Positions 53,307 through 61,281 of a stretch of 64,000 nt of DNA are shown piece by piece (the stretch's first letter is position 1; every line of letters begins with the position of its first letter). The notes beneath the pieces are model-generated. The model did no database searches, was not told where the DNA came from, and saw only the letters and a list, made by a program, of their open reading frames with translations. Made by a program: the position numbers and the translations under genes. The stretch covers positions 3,701 to 67,700 of the forward strand of contig JAZQDW010000056.1 in the NCBI GenBank assembly GCA_045546995.1, written 5' to 3'. This stretch comes from Eubacteriales bacterium (GTDB lineage: Bacteria > Bacillota > Clostridia > Oscillospirales > QAKW01).

Positions 53307-53576
53307 ATGGATGATATGAAGCAAAAGCATCAGGTCATATTGAAGAACAGAGAAAAGGTGGTAATCAGTGGTGCGGCCGAGGTGGATAGCTTTGACGAAA
53401 ATCACGTGGTAATGATCACCGAGCTTGGCGTATTGCTTGTCAAGGGTGGGGGATTACATATTCAATCACTCAACGTTGACAGCGGTGATGTCAGCGTGAC
53501 GGGGAAGATCGATGCGGTGGAATATATAGAGGCGCAATCAAAGGATACCTCCTTTTGGGGGAAACTCTTTAAGTAA
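53307..53576 (+). CDS. yabP: Sporulation protein YabP
   Basis: HQVILKNREKVVISG...VDSFDE...TELGVLLVKG..LHI...FWGKLFK. Confidence 0.93.
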   Translation: MDDMKQKHQVILKNREKVVISGAAEVDSFDENHVVMITELGVLLVKGGGLHIQSLNVDSGDVSVTGKIDAVEYIEAQSKDTSFWGKLFK

Positions 53577-54163
53577 TGTATCTTTCTCTGCAACAGCAGT
53601 TTTTGGCTCTTTGGCTGTCATTTTTGTTGGGCGTCGCCATCGGAGTGCTGTTTGAGGGAATTCGCGTCATACGCCGATTTTGCTCCTCGGGAGTCGTCTG
53701 CTTTTTCTGCGATTTTTTGTTTATTTTTTGTGTGGCGATACTCAGTTTTCGATTTTACCTGAATCATACGGACGGACAATTCAGATGGTTTTATGTCTTG
53801 ACTGAATTCGGCGCGGCAATTCTGTTTCACCGTTTGCTCGGACGCTGGTTGTATCTTGCGGTCATTTGGCTGCTGGAGCGGCTTTTTCATTTGCTCGGAT
53901 GGCTGTTTGCGCCCATTTTCCGTTTTTGTCGGATGCTTTTCGTTTTTTTTCGTAAAACAGTTAATGTAATTTCTAAAAAACTCTTTATTTTTATAAAGAA
54001 ATGTTTTATAATATTCATATATCCGGCGCGACGGATGAAAACGAAAATTAAGGAAAGGAGTGGTACGTATGGCACGCAGAGAAAAAACGATGCCGCGGAA
54101 AGCGGAAAAAGTGAAGAAAACCAAAAAGGTGGCGAGCGGCGGTGTTCGCAGTTTTATCATTAG
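53576..54163 (+). CDS. yabQ: Spore cortex protein YabQ
   Basis: Hydrophobic, DFLF...NHTDGQFRWF; position between yabP and divIC. Confidence 0.8.
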   Translation: MYLSLQQQFLALWLSFLLGVAIGVLFEGIRVIRRFCSSGVVCFFCDFLFIFCVAILSFRFYLNHTDGQFRWFYVLTEFGAAILFHRLLGRWLYLAVIWLLERLFHLLGWLFAPIFRFCRMLFVFFRKTVNVISKKLFIFIKKCFIIFIYPARRMKTKIKERSGTYGTQRKNDAAESGKSEENQKGGERRCSQFYH

Positions 54164-54410
54164 AATACTGTTTGTGGTCTTTGTTTGCTACGTAGCCGTT
54201 TCTTTTATACAGATACAGGTGAGTATCAATGAGAAAAAGCAACAGTTGACCGTGCTGCAGGAAAAAATTGCAGAGCAGGAACAGACCAATGCTGAACTGC
54301 AGGAAATGTTGGACAATGGGATCGACGATGATTATATTGCCAAAATTGCCCGCGAACACGGATATGCTATGCCGGATGAACGCGTGTATGAAAGCACGGC
54401 AGAGGCGTAG
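54069..54410 (+). CDS. divIC: Septum formation initiator DivIC/FtsB
   Basis: Basic tail, TM helix, coiled coil, DDYIAKIAREHGYAMPDERVY. Confidence 0.88.
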   Translation: MARREKTMPRKAEKVKKTKKVASGGVRSFIIRILFVVFVCYVAVSFIQIQVSINEKKQQLTVLQEKIAEQEQTNAELQEMLDNGIDDDYIAKIAREHGYAMPDERVYESTAEA

Positions 54411-54483
54411 GCAGAGGAGTTTTATGTTTTAAAATGGGCGAGCCTAATCGGCTCGCTCGTTTTTGCTTAGAAAGGAACGGCGT

Positions 54484-55968
54484 ATGAAAAAAATTAAAAC
54501 GATCATTTGTTTGGCGATGATTTGCGTACTGTTTGGGGCCTGCGCCCCGAAACGCCAAGCGGACAAGCAGTTGAAGGACGTACCGTATCTGCACGCCGCA
54601 AAAATGCAGATCCTGGATGCATCGGGGCAGGAGATTCGGTTGGCTTCCAAACGGTTTACGATTACCGATGTTACGACGGATCGAACTGCCATTATCGACA
54701 CGTTACAGGAAGAGCGGTATAACAGTATCACTTTGGATTTAAACGGCGCGCTGATCGATGATAGCGCCCTTCCGTGGAAACTGCGGGATGAGGCGGAAAC
54801 GATGATCGATGACGTGATGCAAAAATGTCACGATGCAGAAAAGTATTTGTTGATCGATATTTCCGAATATCCCAAGTCGTATTACGCTTGGTATGATGAT
54901 TCGGATTTCAAAACCGGCGTGGTGGACGTTTGGAAACAATTGGCCGAAAAAATGGCATCACAGCCCTATTTCGGCGCATACGTTCTCAGCGGATTGCCGC
55001 GTACCGGCTCTGCAGAAGAGCGGACAGCGCTTTCTTTTTTTGAGGAAGCGCTGCAAACGATGTGCGATGGGATTCGTCAGCACGATACGGAACATATGAT
55101 TGCGGTCGGTGCGATTTCTCCTTATGTAAAGGACGAGGATGCATTCCACGGTTTCCCCTTGATTCATGATCCGAATTTTGCCTATTGCATCTATCCGCAG
55201 GAAATGGACTTTTTTACCGAGCAGACCCGTGCGGATGATCGGGGCTGTGAGCATCTGACGTATCCGTCAACATATTTGATAACACCGGAAAAACTGATGC
55301 CTTATGAGGAGATCACGGGTAGCGACGTAAATTTCTCCTCTATTCAGTATCAGACTCGCGCCACCAAGGTTTTTAAGATTGAGGATGAACAGTTGTTTGC
55401 GCGTATCGGCGTCAGCGTTAAACCGCCTGATGTGGATGGCGGCGGTGAGCTGCGTGTCTGGACGGTGCATTTTGCCGAGTGCGATCAGGATGGTAAGGAA
55501 CTGAAGGTATTATATGATACCGACACAACGGTGGATATTCCGTTTATGTCGATTGCCGGCTCCGGCGTGCTGGATGAAGGATCGGTGTATGAGGATGACG
55601 GCTCGGCTTATCTTGAGAGTATCAAAGAAAGCACGTTTTTTTATATTAAAGATCTCAATATTCCCGTTGAAAAGGGGAAGTACTATCAGTTGACCGTAAC
55701 GATGAAACAGCGAGGGATGAACAAAGATTTCAGCTGTGCCCCCGCCGTTGGCTTGTACGAACGAAAAGAGATTGCCGCGACCTTTGACGCTTCCTTTGTG
55801 CAGCAATATTATGATACATTATTTGCTGAGGCGGAACAGGTAGGTGTGCCGCTGATTTATGAAGGAATCGGTACAACTGCACCGGCGCAAGGCCGTGGTG
55901 GCGAGCAATACGTTCAGGATGTTAAAAATATGATCCTGCAGCAACAACAGCATTATATTGAACGATGA
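54484..55968 (+). CDS. Lipoprotein with degenerate GH5-like TIM barrel and an inserted domain
   Basis: Lipobox LFGAC; GH5-like segments YLHAAKMQILDASGQEIRL, YLLIDI, WKQLAEKMASQPYFGAYVL, IRQHDTEHMIAV, GVPLIYEGIG; NEP motif absent. Confidence 0.55.
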   Translation: MKKIKTIICLAMICVLFGACAPKRQADKQLKDVPYLHAAKMQILDASGQEIRLASKRFTITDVTTDRTAIIDTLQEERYNSITLDLNGALIDDSALPWKLRDEAETMIDDVMQKCHDAEKYLLIDISEYPKSYYAWYDDSDFKTGVVDVWKQLAEKMASQPYFGAYVLSGLPRTGSAEERTALSFFEEALQTMCDGIRQHDTEHMIAVGAISPYVKDEDAFHGFPLIHDPNFAYCIYPQEMDFFTEQTRADDRGCEHLTYPSTYLITPEKLMPYEEITGSDVNFSSIQYQTRATKVFKIEDEQLFARIGVSVKPPDVDGGGELRVWTVHFAECDQDGKELKVLYDTDTTVDIPFMSIAGSGVLDEGSVYEDDGSAYLESIKESTFFYIKDLNIPVEKGKYYQLTVTMKQRGMNKDFSCAPAVGLYERKEIAATFDASFVQQYYDTLFAEAEQVGVPLIYEGIGTTAPAQGRGGEQYVQDVKNMILQQQQHYIER

Positions 55969-56005
55969 AAAAATCGTCTGAAGAAATCTCTTCAGACGAT
56001 TTTTT
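55968..56005. terminator. Bidirectional terminator
   Basis: AAAAAATCGTCTGAAGA-aatc-TCTTCAGACGATTTTTT. Confidence 0.85.
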
Positions 56006-56261
56006 TAATAATAAAAATAATGACAGCTGCTTGCAGTACCAAAATCAAGGGGATTCCCAGTACAAAATACCAATGTCTTGTTTTGTGGCGAATGGCGTGC
56101 ATGGCAAGAAGACAGCCCGGGCTGCCACCGAGCAATGCCAGCAGAAATAGCGTTCGTTCCGAAATGCGCCACTTGCCGTGTGCGGCCCGGTATTTATCTA
56201 CGCACCAGACAATGATGGCAAGAACGTTGATAAGGATCAAATAAATTTCAAAATATATCAT
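55992..56261 (-). CDS. DUF1294 membrane protein
   Basis: DKYRAAHGKWRISERTLFLLALLGGSPG...RHKTRH. Confidence 0.92.
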   Translation of the reverse strand: MIYFEIYLILINVLAIIVWCVDKYRAAHGKWRISERTLFLLALLGGSPGCLLAMHAIRHKTRHWYFVLGIPLILVLQAAVIIFIIKKIV

Positions 56262-56271
56262 AGCGTTTTTC

Positions 56272-56721
56272 TTACAGCGTTTCCAAAAAAATATCGATTA
56301 ACGGCGGCTCAACGGATAATAGGGCGGCCATTTGCGTTCGTGTGGTGCCATCGGCCGCCAATTGTCGCACCTGTGTTTCATCCAGTAAAAGATGGGCGGC
56401 AAATACGTTTGCTTCATACTCCGGCTGGGAGGAAAGGTCGTATAAAACCGTCTCTCGTACTCCATCTTGTTTTGCCAGATGGGCGTGCAGGATGTGATGC
56501 CCCAGCTCATGGGCCAATACGATTTTTGCCTCGGTCTCATGGAGGCTTTCATTCAGTACAATAAAAGGATTGCCCAGCATGATGCTGTAAAATCCTTTTA
56601 GGGAACCCAGATCTGCATATTTGATTCCGATGTCCAACTCCCGTGCGATCTGCAGGGGATCACGAGTTTGTAAACGCTGAATCAAAAGCTCTGCTTGTTG
56701 TTTACTGTATGCTTTCGACAC
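56272..56721 (-). CDS. ImmA/IrrE family metallo-endopeptidase
   Basis: TRDPLQIA, LKGFY, LAHELGHHILH (HExxH), EYEANVFAAHLL; GTG 56721 after AGAAGG. Confidence 0.93.
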   Translation of the reverse strand: MSKAYSKQQAELLIQRLQTRDPLQIARELDIGIKYADLGSLKGFYSIMLGNPFIVLNESLHETEAKIVLAHELGHHILHAHLAKQDGVRETVLYDLSSQPEYEANVFAAHLLLDETQVRQLAADGTTRTQMAALLSVEPPLIDIFLETL

Positions 56722-56725
56722 CGTT

Positions 56726-57112
56726 TCAGTCCTTCTTTTCTTTCTTTTGATTTTTGCGTTTGGCATCCCAGTACAGCTGATTGATAGCGCTCAGCACCTT
56801 ATCCATATCCTCTTGGCTTAATTCGCCGCCGGAAAACAGGCTGCCGGCCCGCACGATCAACTCCTTGGCCTGATAGGCGGCCTCCTGCTGAGGCGGAAGC
56901 TCGGTATCGGCGGTAATGTCTCCCAAAAGATAATCGGTGCTGACGCCGAATAATTTGGCAATGCGGCCGTAAATTTCCGTTTGTTTGGGATAGATCTTAC
57001 AGGTTTCATAATTTTGCAGGGTGCGCAGGGAAACCCCCAATTTGTCCGCCAACGCGCTTTGGGTCAGATGATTTTGGATGCGCAGAACCTTTAATTTTTC
57101 TCCGAATTTCAT
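56726..57112 (-). CDS. XRE family transcriptional regulator
   Basis: MKFGEKLKVLR...LTQSALADKLGVSLRTLQNYE...VSTDYLLG; helical C-domain LFSGGELSQEDMDK; ATG 57112 after GGAGG. Confidence 0.93.
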   Translation of the reverse strand: MKFGEKLKVLRIQNHLTQSALADKLGVSLRTLQNYETCKIYPKQTEIYGRIAKLFGVSTDYLLGDITADTELPPQQEAAYQAKELIVRAGSLFSGGELSQEDMDKVLSAINQLYWDAKRKNQKKEKKD

Positions 57113-57128
57113 AAAAAAGCCTCCAATA

Positions 57129-57238
57129 CGAAACAAATTTCGCAAAAACTATTTACAACGCAGGTTGTTTCGTGTATAATAAAAACAAGACGAAACAACT
57201 TTCATATATATCTTATCATTGAATTACGCAAAAGTCAA
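57129..57238. promoter_or_regulatory. Overlapping face-to-face promoters with three operator boxes
   Basis: P-dinB TTTACA(57152)-N17-TATAAT(57175); P-xre (minus) TTGACT(57238)-N17-TAAGAT with extended TG; boxes at 57129-57142, 57159-57172, 57191-57204. Confidence 0.75.
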
Positions 57239-57250
57239 GGAGGAAAGCGG

Positions 57251-58492
57251 ATGGAACGAGTGATATTGCATTGTGATATGAATAATTTTTATGCTTCGGT
57301 GGAATGTAAGCTTAATCCGTCCATCCGTAGCAAATACGTTGCCGTTTGCGGCAATACGGCCGAACGGCACGGAATCGTGTTGGCTAAAAATCAACGGGCG
57401 AAGCTGAAAGGCGTCAAAACCGGACAGGCGATTTGGGAGGCGAAGTTGCGTTGTCCCGATCTGATCGTAGTGCATCCTCATTTTGATCAATACGCCCGCT
57501 ATTCCAAACGCGCCAGGGAAATTTACTATCGTTTCACGGATATGGTCGAGCCGTTTGGTATGGATGAATGCTGGCTGGACGTGACGGCATCGGTGGCGCT
57601 GTTCGGCAGTGGAGAGGAAATCGCTGAAATGATTCGCCGGACCGTGAAACGCGAATTGGGGTTGACCATCTCTATCGGCGTTTCATTTAATAAAATATTT
57701 GCAAAGCTGGGCTCGGATCTGAAAAAACCGGATGCGATCACCGTCATTCGCAGGGAGGACTTTCGGGAGCGAATTTGGGATCTGCCGGTGGAACAATTGT
57801 TGGGCGTTGGCCGTTCCACCCTTAAAAAACTTAAAAATATCGGCGTGCTGACGATCGGTCAGCTGGCTCAGTATCCCAGAGAATTTCTCGTTGCCAAATT
57901 CGGTAAAAACGGCGGCGCTTTGTGGGATTATGCCAACGGACTGGAAAACAGCAGGGTAACGGATCACGATAGTTACGCTCCCATCAAAAGTATCGGACAC
58001 GGTATTACCACGACCGGAGATCTGACCGATCAACGGCAGGTATGGCGATTGATGCTGGAACTTTGTCAGGAAATTGCGCGAAAATTACGGAAAAATAGGT
58101 TGTCCGCCTCAGGCGTGCAGGTAAGTATTAAAAATCATGAATTGACGGTGCAGGAATTTCAGGCGCGGTTTACCTATCCGCAGCAAAGCGCCATTGCTCT
58201 TGCCAAACTTGCATATAAGTTATTTTGTAAACGGTACGATTGGCGTAGTACGGTGCGGGCGGTCAGCGTTCGTGCCATTGCGCTGGTGGATGAAACGCAT
58301 CCCACACAGTTGGATCTGTTTTCTGATTTGCAGGGGACCGAGCGACAGGATAAAATCGACCGTGTGGTGGATAGTATTCGATTGCAATACGGAGAGCAGG
58401 CGGTGCGGAACGCAGTATTGCTGCAGGACCTTAAAATGCCTCGGATCAAGCAGGAGCCGATGCTGCCGGGCACATTTTTCAGAAACACTTGA
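57251..58492 (+). CDS. dinB: Y-family DNA polymerase IV
   Basis: LHCDMNNFYASVE, GMDECWLD, KIFAKLGSDLKKPD, KSIGHG; beta-clamp motif QLDLF. Confidence 0.95.
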   Translation: MERVILHCDMNNFYASVECKLNPSIRSKYVAVCGNTAERHGIVLAKNQRAKLKGVKTGQAIWEAKLRCPDLIVVHPHFDQYARYSKRAREIYYRFTDMVEPFGMDECWLDVTASVALFGSGEEIAEMIRRTVKRELGLTISIGVSFNKIFAKLGSDLKKPDAITVIRREDFRERIWDLPVEQLLGVGRSTLKKLKNIGVLTIGQLAQYPREFLVAKFGKNGGALWDYANGLENSRVTDHDSYAPIKSIGHGITTTGDLTDQRQVWRLMLELCQEIARKLRKNRLSASGVQVSIKNHELTVQEFQARFTYPQQSAIALAKLAYKLFCKRYDWRSTVRAVSVRAIALVDETHPTQLDLFSDLQGTERQDKIDRVVDSIRLQYGEQAVRNAVLLQDLKMPRIKQEPMLPGTFFRNT

Positions 58493-58517
58493 CAAAAGGA
58501 TGCTTTTAGGATATAAT
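58489..58517 (+). promoter_or_regulatory. sigmaA promoter of the CNNM leader
   Basis: Perfect TTGACA-N17-TATAAT; the -35 overlaps the dinB stop codon. Confidence 0.88.
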
Positions 58518-58555
58518 GATGCCGCATTATATTGAAAAGGAGAAATTGCAAACAA

Positions 58556-58681
58556 ATGGACAGCGACAGTAGCGACGAAGAAAACTGTTTTCGATCCAAG
58601 TATTGTTTATATATGGCATATCTGTCACCTATGTTTGGTTACAGATATGCCTTTTTGCGTTTAAATCGCATTCGTAGCTGA
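58556..58681 (+). CDS. Putative acidic leader peptide (41 aa) MDSDSSDEENCFRSKYCLYMAYLSPMFGYRYAFLRLNRIRS
   Basis: AAGGAG at 58537-58542, ATG 13 nt later; ORF runs through the leader terminator. Confidence 0.5.
   Translation: MDSDSSDEENCFRSKYCLYMAYLSPMFGYRYAFLRLNRIRS
58615..58656 (+). terminator. Intrinsic terminator (attenuator) in the 5' leader of the CNNM gene
   Basis: GGCATATCTGTCACC-tatgttt-GGTTACAGATATGCC-TTTTT, lying between the promoter and the CNNM start. Confidence 0.85.
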
Positions 58682-58731
58682 AGGGATATGGACTTTAACT
58701 GCAATATAAACAACGATAGAGGAGTAAAACG

Positions 58732-59967
58732 ATGACTGTATATATAATCATAATGTTGGCGTGTGTTATTATGTCTGCCTACTTTTCAGCAACGGAAACT
58801 GCGTTTTCCTCGCTGAACAAAACAAAACTGAAAACTCTGGCGGAGGAGGGCAATCCTCGCGCCGCCCTGGCCGTCAAATTGAGCGATGCTTATGACAAGC
58901 TCATCTCGACGATTTTGATTGGTAATAATATTGTAAATATTCTGGTGGCTTCTATTGGTACGGTGTTTTTTACACAACTTTTAAAAGACGGTGATATGGG
59001 CGCAACGATGTCGACCGTAGTAATCACCGTAGTGATTTTGATCTTTGGCGAGATCACTCCTAAAAGTATAGCTAAGGATATGCCCGAACGGTTCGCTATG
59101 TTTTCGGGCCCCATCATTCAGTTTTTTGAATGGGTATTTTTACCGCTGAATTTCCTGTTTGGTCTTTGGAAAAAACTGGTTAATAAAATTATCAAGACCG
59201 AGGATGACTCGAAAATGTCGCAAGCAGAGCTATTGATGTTTGTAGACGAGGTTGAACAGGATGGCAGCATTGATGAAAATGAAAGCGTACTGCTGAAAAA
59301 CGCTATTGAATTTACCGAGCGTCGGGCTGAGGATATTTTGACCCACCGCGTGGACATCGAAGCGGTTTCGGTGGATACAGATAAAAGGGAAATTGCCAAG
59401 ATCTTTACGCAAATGCGATTTTCCAGAATGCCGGTCTACGAGGAAAGCATTGATAATATCGTCGGTGTCATCCATCAAAAGGATTTGTATGAAAACGGCG
59501 AGCTGACGGATAAACCGTTGGAAGAATTGATGAAACCGGCATTGTTTGTACAGCGTGGCGGTAAAATTGACGATTTGCTGCAAAAACTGCAAAAAAACAA
59601 GTCCCACGTTGCCATTGTTGTGGATGAATACGGCGGCACGTACGGACTGGTGACGATGGAAGATATTCTGGAAGAATTGGTGGGCGAGATTTGGGACGAG
59701 CACGATGAGGTGATCGTACCCTTTAAAAAGATTGCCGACCGTACCTATACGGCGGACGGCACGGCTGAGGCTGAGGCGTTCTTTGAATACTTCGGCATAG
59801 AAAGCGAAACGGAAAGCGTTTCTGTCGGCGGCTGGGTGATGGAACAACTTGAAGAGGTTCCCGAAGAAGGTGCCACCTTCGTATACGATGATTTTGAGAT
59901 CACGGTTATGGAGATCGAAATGCACCGTGTTACAAAAATCAAAGTGATCGGCACCAGAAAAAAATAA
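58732..59967 (+). CDS. CNNM/CorC (HlyC/TlyC-like) Mg2+ transporter: DUF21 + 2 CBS + CorC_HlyC
   Basis: [58 protein letters not shown]. Confidence 0.94.
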   Translation: MTVYIIIMLACVIMSAYFSATETAFSSLNKTKLKTLAEEGNPRAALAVKLSDAYDKLISTILIGNNIVNILVASIGTVFFTQLLKDGDMGATMSTVVITVVILIFGEITPKSIAKDMPERFAMFSGPIIQFFEWVFLPLNFLFGLWKKLVNKIIKTEDDSKMSQAELLMFVDEVEQDGSIDENESVLLKNAIEFTERRAEDILTHRVDIEAVSVDTDKREIAKIFTQMRFSRMPVYEESIDNIVGVIHQKDLYENGELTDKPLEELMKPALFVQRGGKIDDLLQKLQKNKSHVAIVVDEYGGTYGLVTMEDILEELVGEIWDEHDEVIVPFKKIADRTYTADGTAEAEAFFEYFGIESETESVSVGGWVMEQLEEVPEEGATFVYDDFEITVMEIEMHRVTKIKVIGTRKK

Positions 59968-59970
59968 AAT

Positions 59971-60003
59971 AAAAGCGAAGTGGTAACAACCACTTCGCTT
60001 TTT
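59971..60003. terminator. Bidirectional terminator between convergent CNNM genes
   Basis: AAAAGCGAAGTGGT-aaca-ACCACTTCGCTTTTT. Confidence 0.85.
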
Positions 60004-60006
60004 GAT

Positions 60007-61281
60007 TTATTCTTCCTCTTCTACGGGAGGGGTAACGGTAATCTGTAGGAACTGTACGCGTCGTTTGCGCATTTTATGTACCTTTAGCTCCAGATTTTCG
60101 TAGATAGCAGTATCACCGACCTTGGGGTATCTGCCCAACAGTTCGACGATCCAACCTCCCATGGTGATGTTGTCATCATCAAAATTGCGTTCGTCTTTTT
60201 CGATTTCGTCAAAGAAATCCATAATACGCATATCGCCGACAACCTCGTAAACGTTCTCTTTGATCTGCTTGCATTCCTCGACGATCTCGTCGCTTTCGTC
60301 CCAGATATCGCCTACCAGCTGTTCCAGTACGTCCTCCATGGTCAAGATGCCCATCACGCCGCCATACTCATCGGTGACGACGGCCAAATGACGGTTTTCC
60401 TGCCGCATGCCTTTTAAAACGTCATCTAAGGGCATGGTTTTATGAATGTAGTATACACTCATCAGACGATTACGCAGATCCAGCTTTTCGCCGGCAACGA
60501 CGTCCTTTAAACAGGAGTTGAGATGGAGAATGCCAATGATATTATCAATGGTATCCTCATAAACGGGGATACGGGAATAAGGGGAGGAGTAGAGAGTTTG
60601 CATGATCTCCTCTTCACTGTCATCAACGTCGATGGCGATCATGTCCACACGGGGTGTAATGACCTCATAGGCCAGCACGTCGTCAAAATCCAGCGCACTT
60701 TGTAACAAATCGGCGCTGTTTTCATCAATAACGCCTTCATCCTCAACCGTTTCAATAATGGTTTCAAGATCGTCCTCGGTTACGCTCGGCTCATCCTCTT
60801 TCTTCGCTTTTCTCCATAAGAGGGAAAAGAGGCGGACGATAGCCTCCGAAACCAATACGATGGGACGGGTAATGATCATCATAACGTACAGGGGAATTGA
60901 AACCAGGGTGCTGAATTCGTTGGGAATCTGCTTTGCAACGATTTTGGGCAACGTCTCACCGAAAATCAGTACGATGACGGTCATTACAATAGTAGAAATG
61001 GTAGAGGCCCAGGCAGCGTATTTAGTTCCTTCCAGCCAGCCGATCACGATCAAGGTGGATACAGCGGAGGAGGCGATGTTTACCAGGTTGTTGCCAACCA
61101 AAATAGTACCCAGGGCACATTCATAGTTTTGATAGATGTGAAACGCCAGACGGTGATGCAACTTGTTCTTTTCTTCCGTTGCCGCCTTCAGCCGCCGCTC
61201 GTTTGCGGAAGCGTAGGCGATTTCCGAAGCGCTGAAATAGGCCGAAAAACAAATGAAAATTACAATCAGGAGGTAATTCAT
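60007..61281 (-). CDS. CNNM/CorC family transporter: DUF21 + 2 CBS + CorC_HlyC
   Basis: SAYFSASEIA, TILVGNNLVN, IFGETLPK, YSRIPVY, TDEYGG, TMEDVLEQLVGDIWDE. Confidence 0.94.
   Translation of the reverse strand: MNYLLIVIFICFSAYFSASEIAYASANERRLKAATEEKNKLHHRLAFHIYQNYECALGTILVGNNLVNIASSAVSTLIVIGWLEGTKYAAWASTISTIVMTVIVLIFGETLPKIVAKQIPNEFSTLVSIPLYVMMIITRPIVLVSEAIVRLFSLLWRKAKKEDEPSVTEDDLETIIETVEDEGVIDENSADLLQSALDFDDVLAYEVITPRVDMIAIDVDDSEEEIMQTLYSSPYSRIPVYEDTIDNIIGILHLNSCLKDVVAGEKLDLRNRLMSVYYIHKTMPLDDVLKGMRQENRHLAVVTDEYGGVMGILTMEDVLEQLVGDIWDESDEIVEECKQIKENVYEVVGDMRIMDFFDEIEKDERNFDDDNITMGGWIVELLGRYPKVGDTAIYENLELKVHKMRKRRVQFLQITVTPPVEEEE

Noticed and set aside
55992..58492. Prophage or ICE remnant explanation for the XRE/ImmA pair
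   Set aside because: No integrase, att-like repeats, tRNA target or phage/conjugation genes; flanks are housekeeping-type genes
58546..58572. Alternative leader ORF TTG...TAG (MQTNGQRQ) using the same SD
   Set aside because: SD-to-start spacing is only 3 nt with a weak TTG start; ATG 58556 is more plausible, though this frame is not formally excluded
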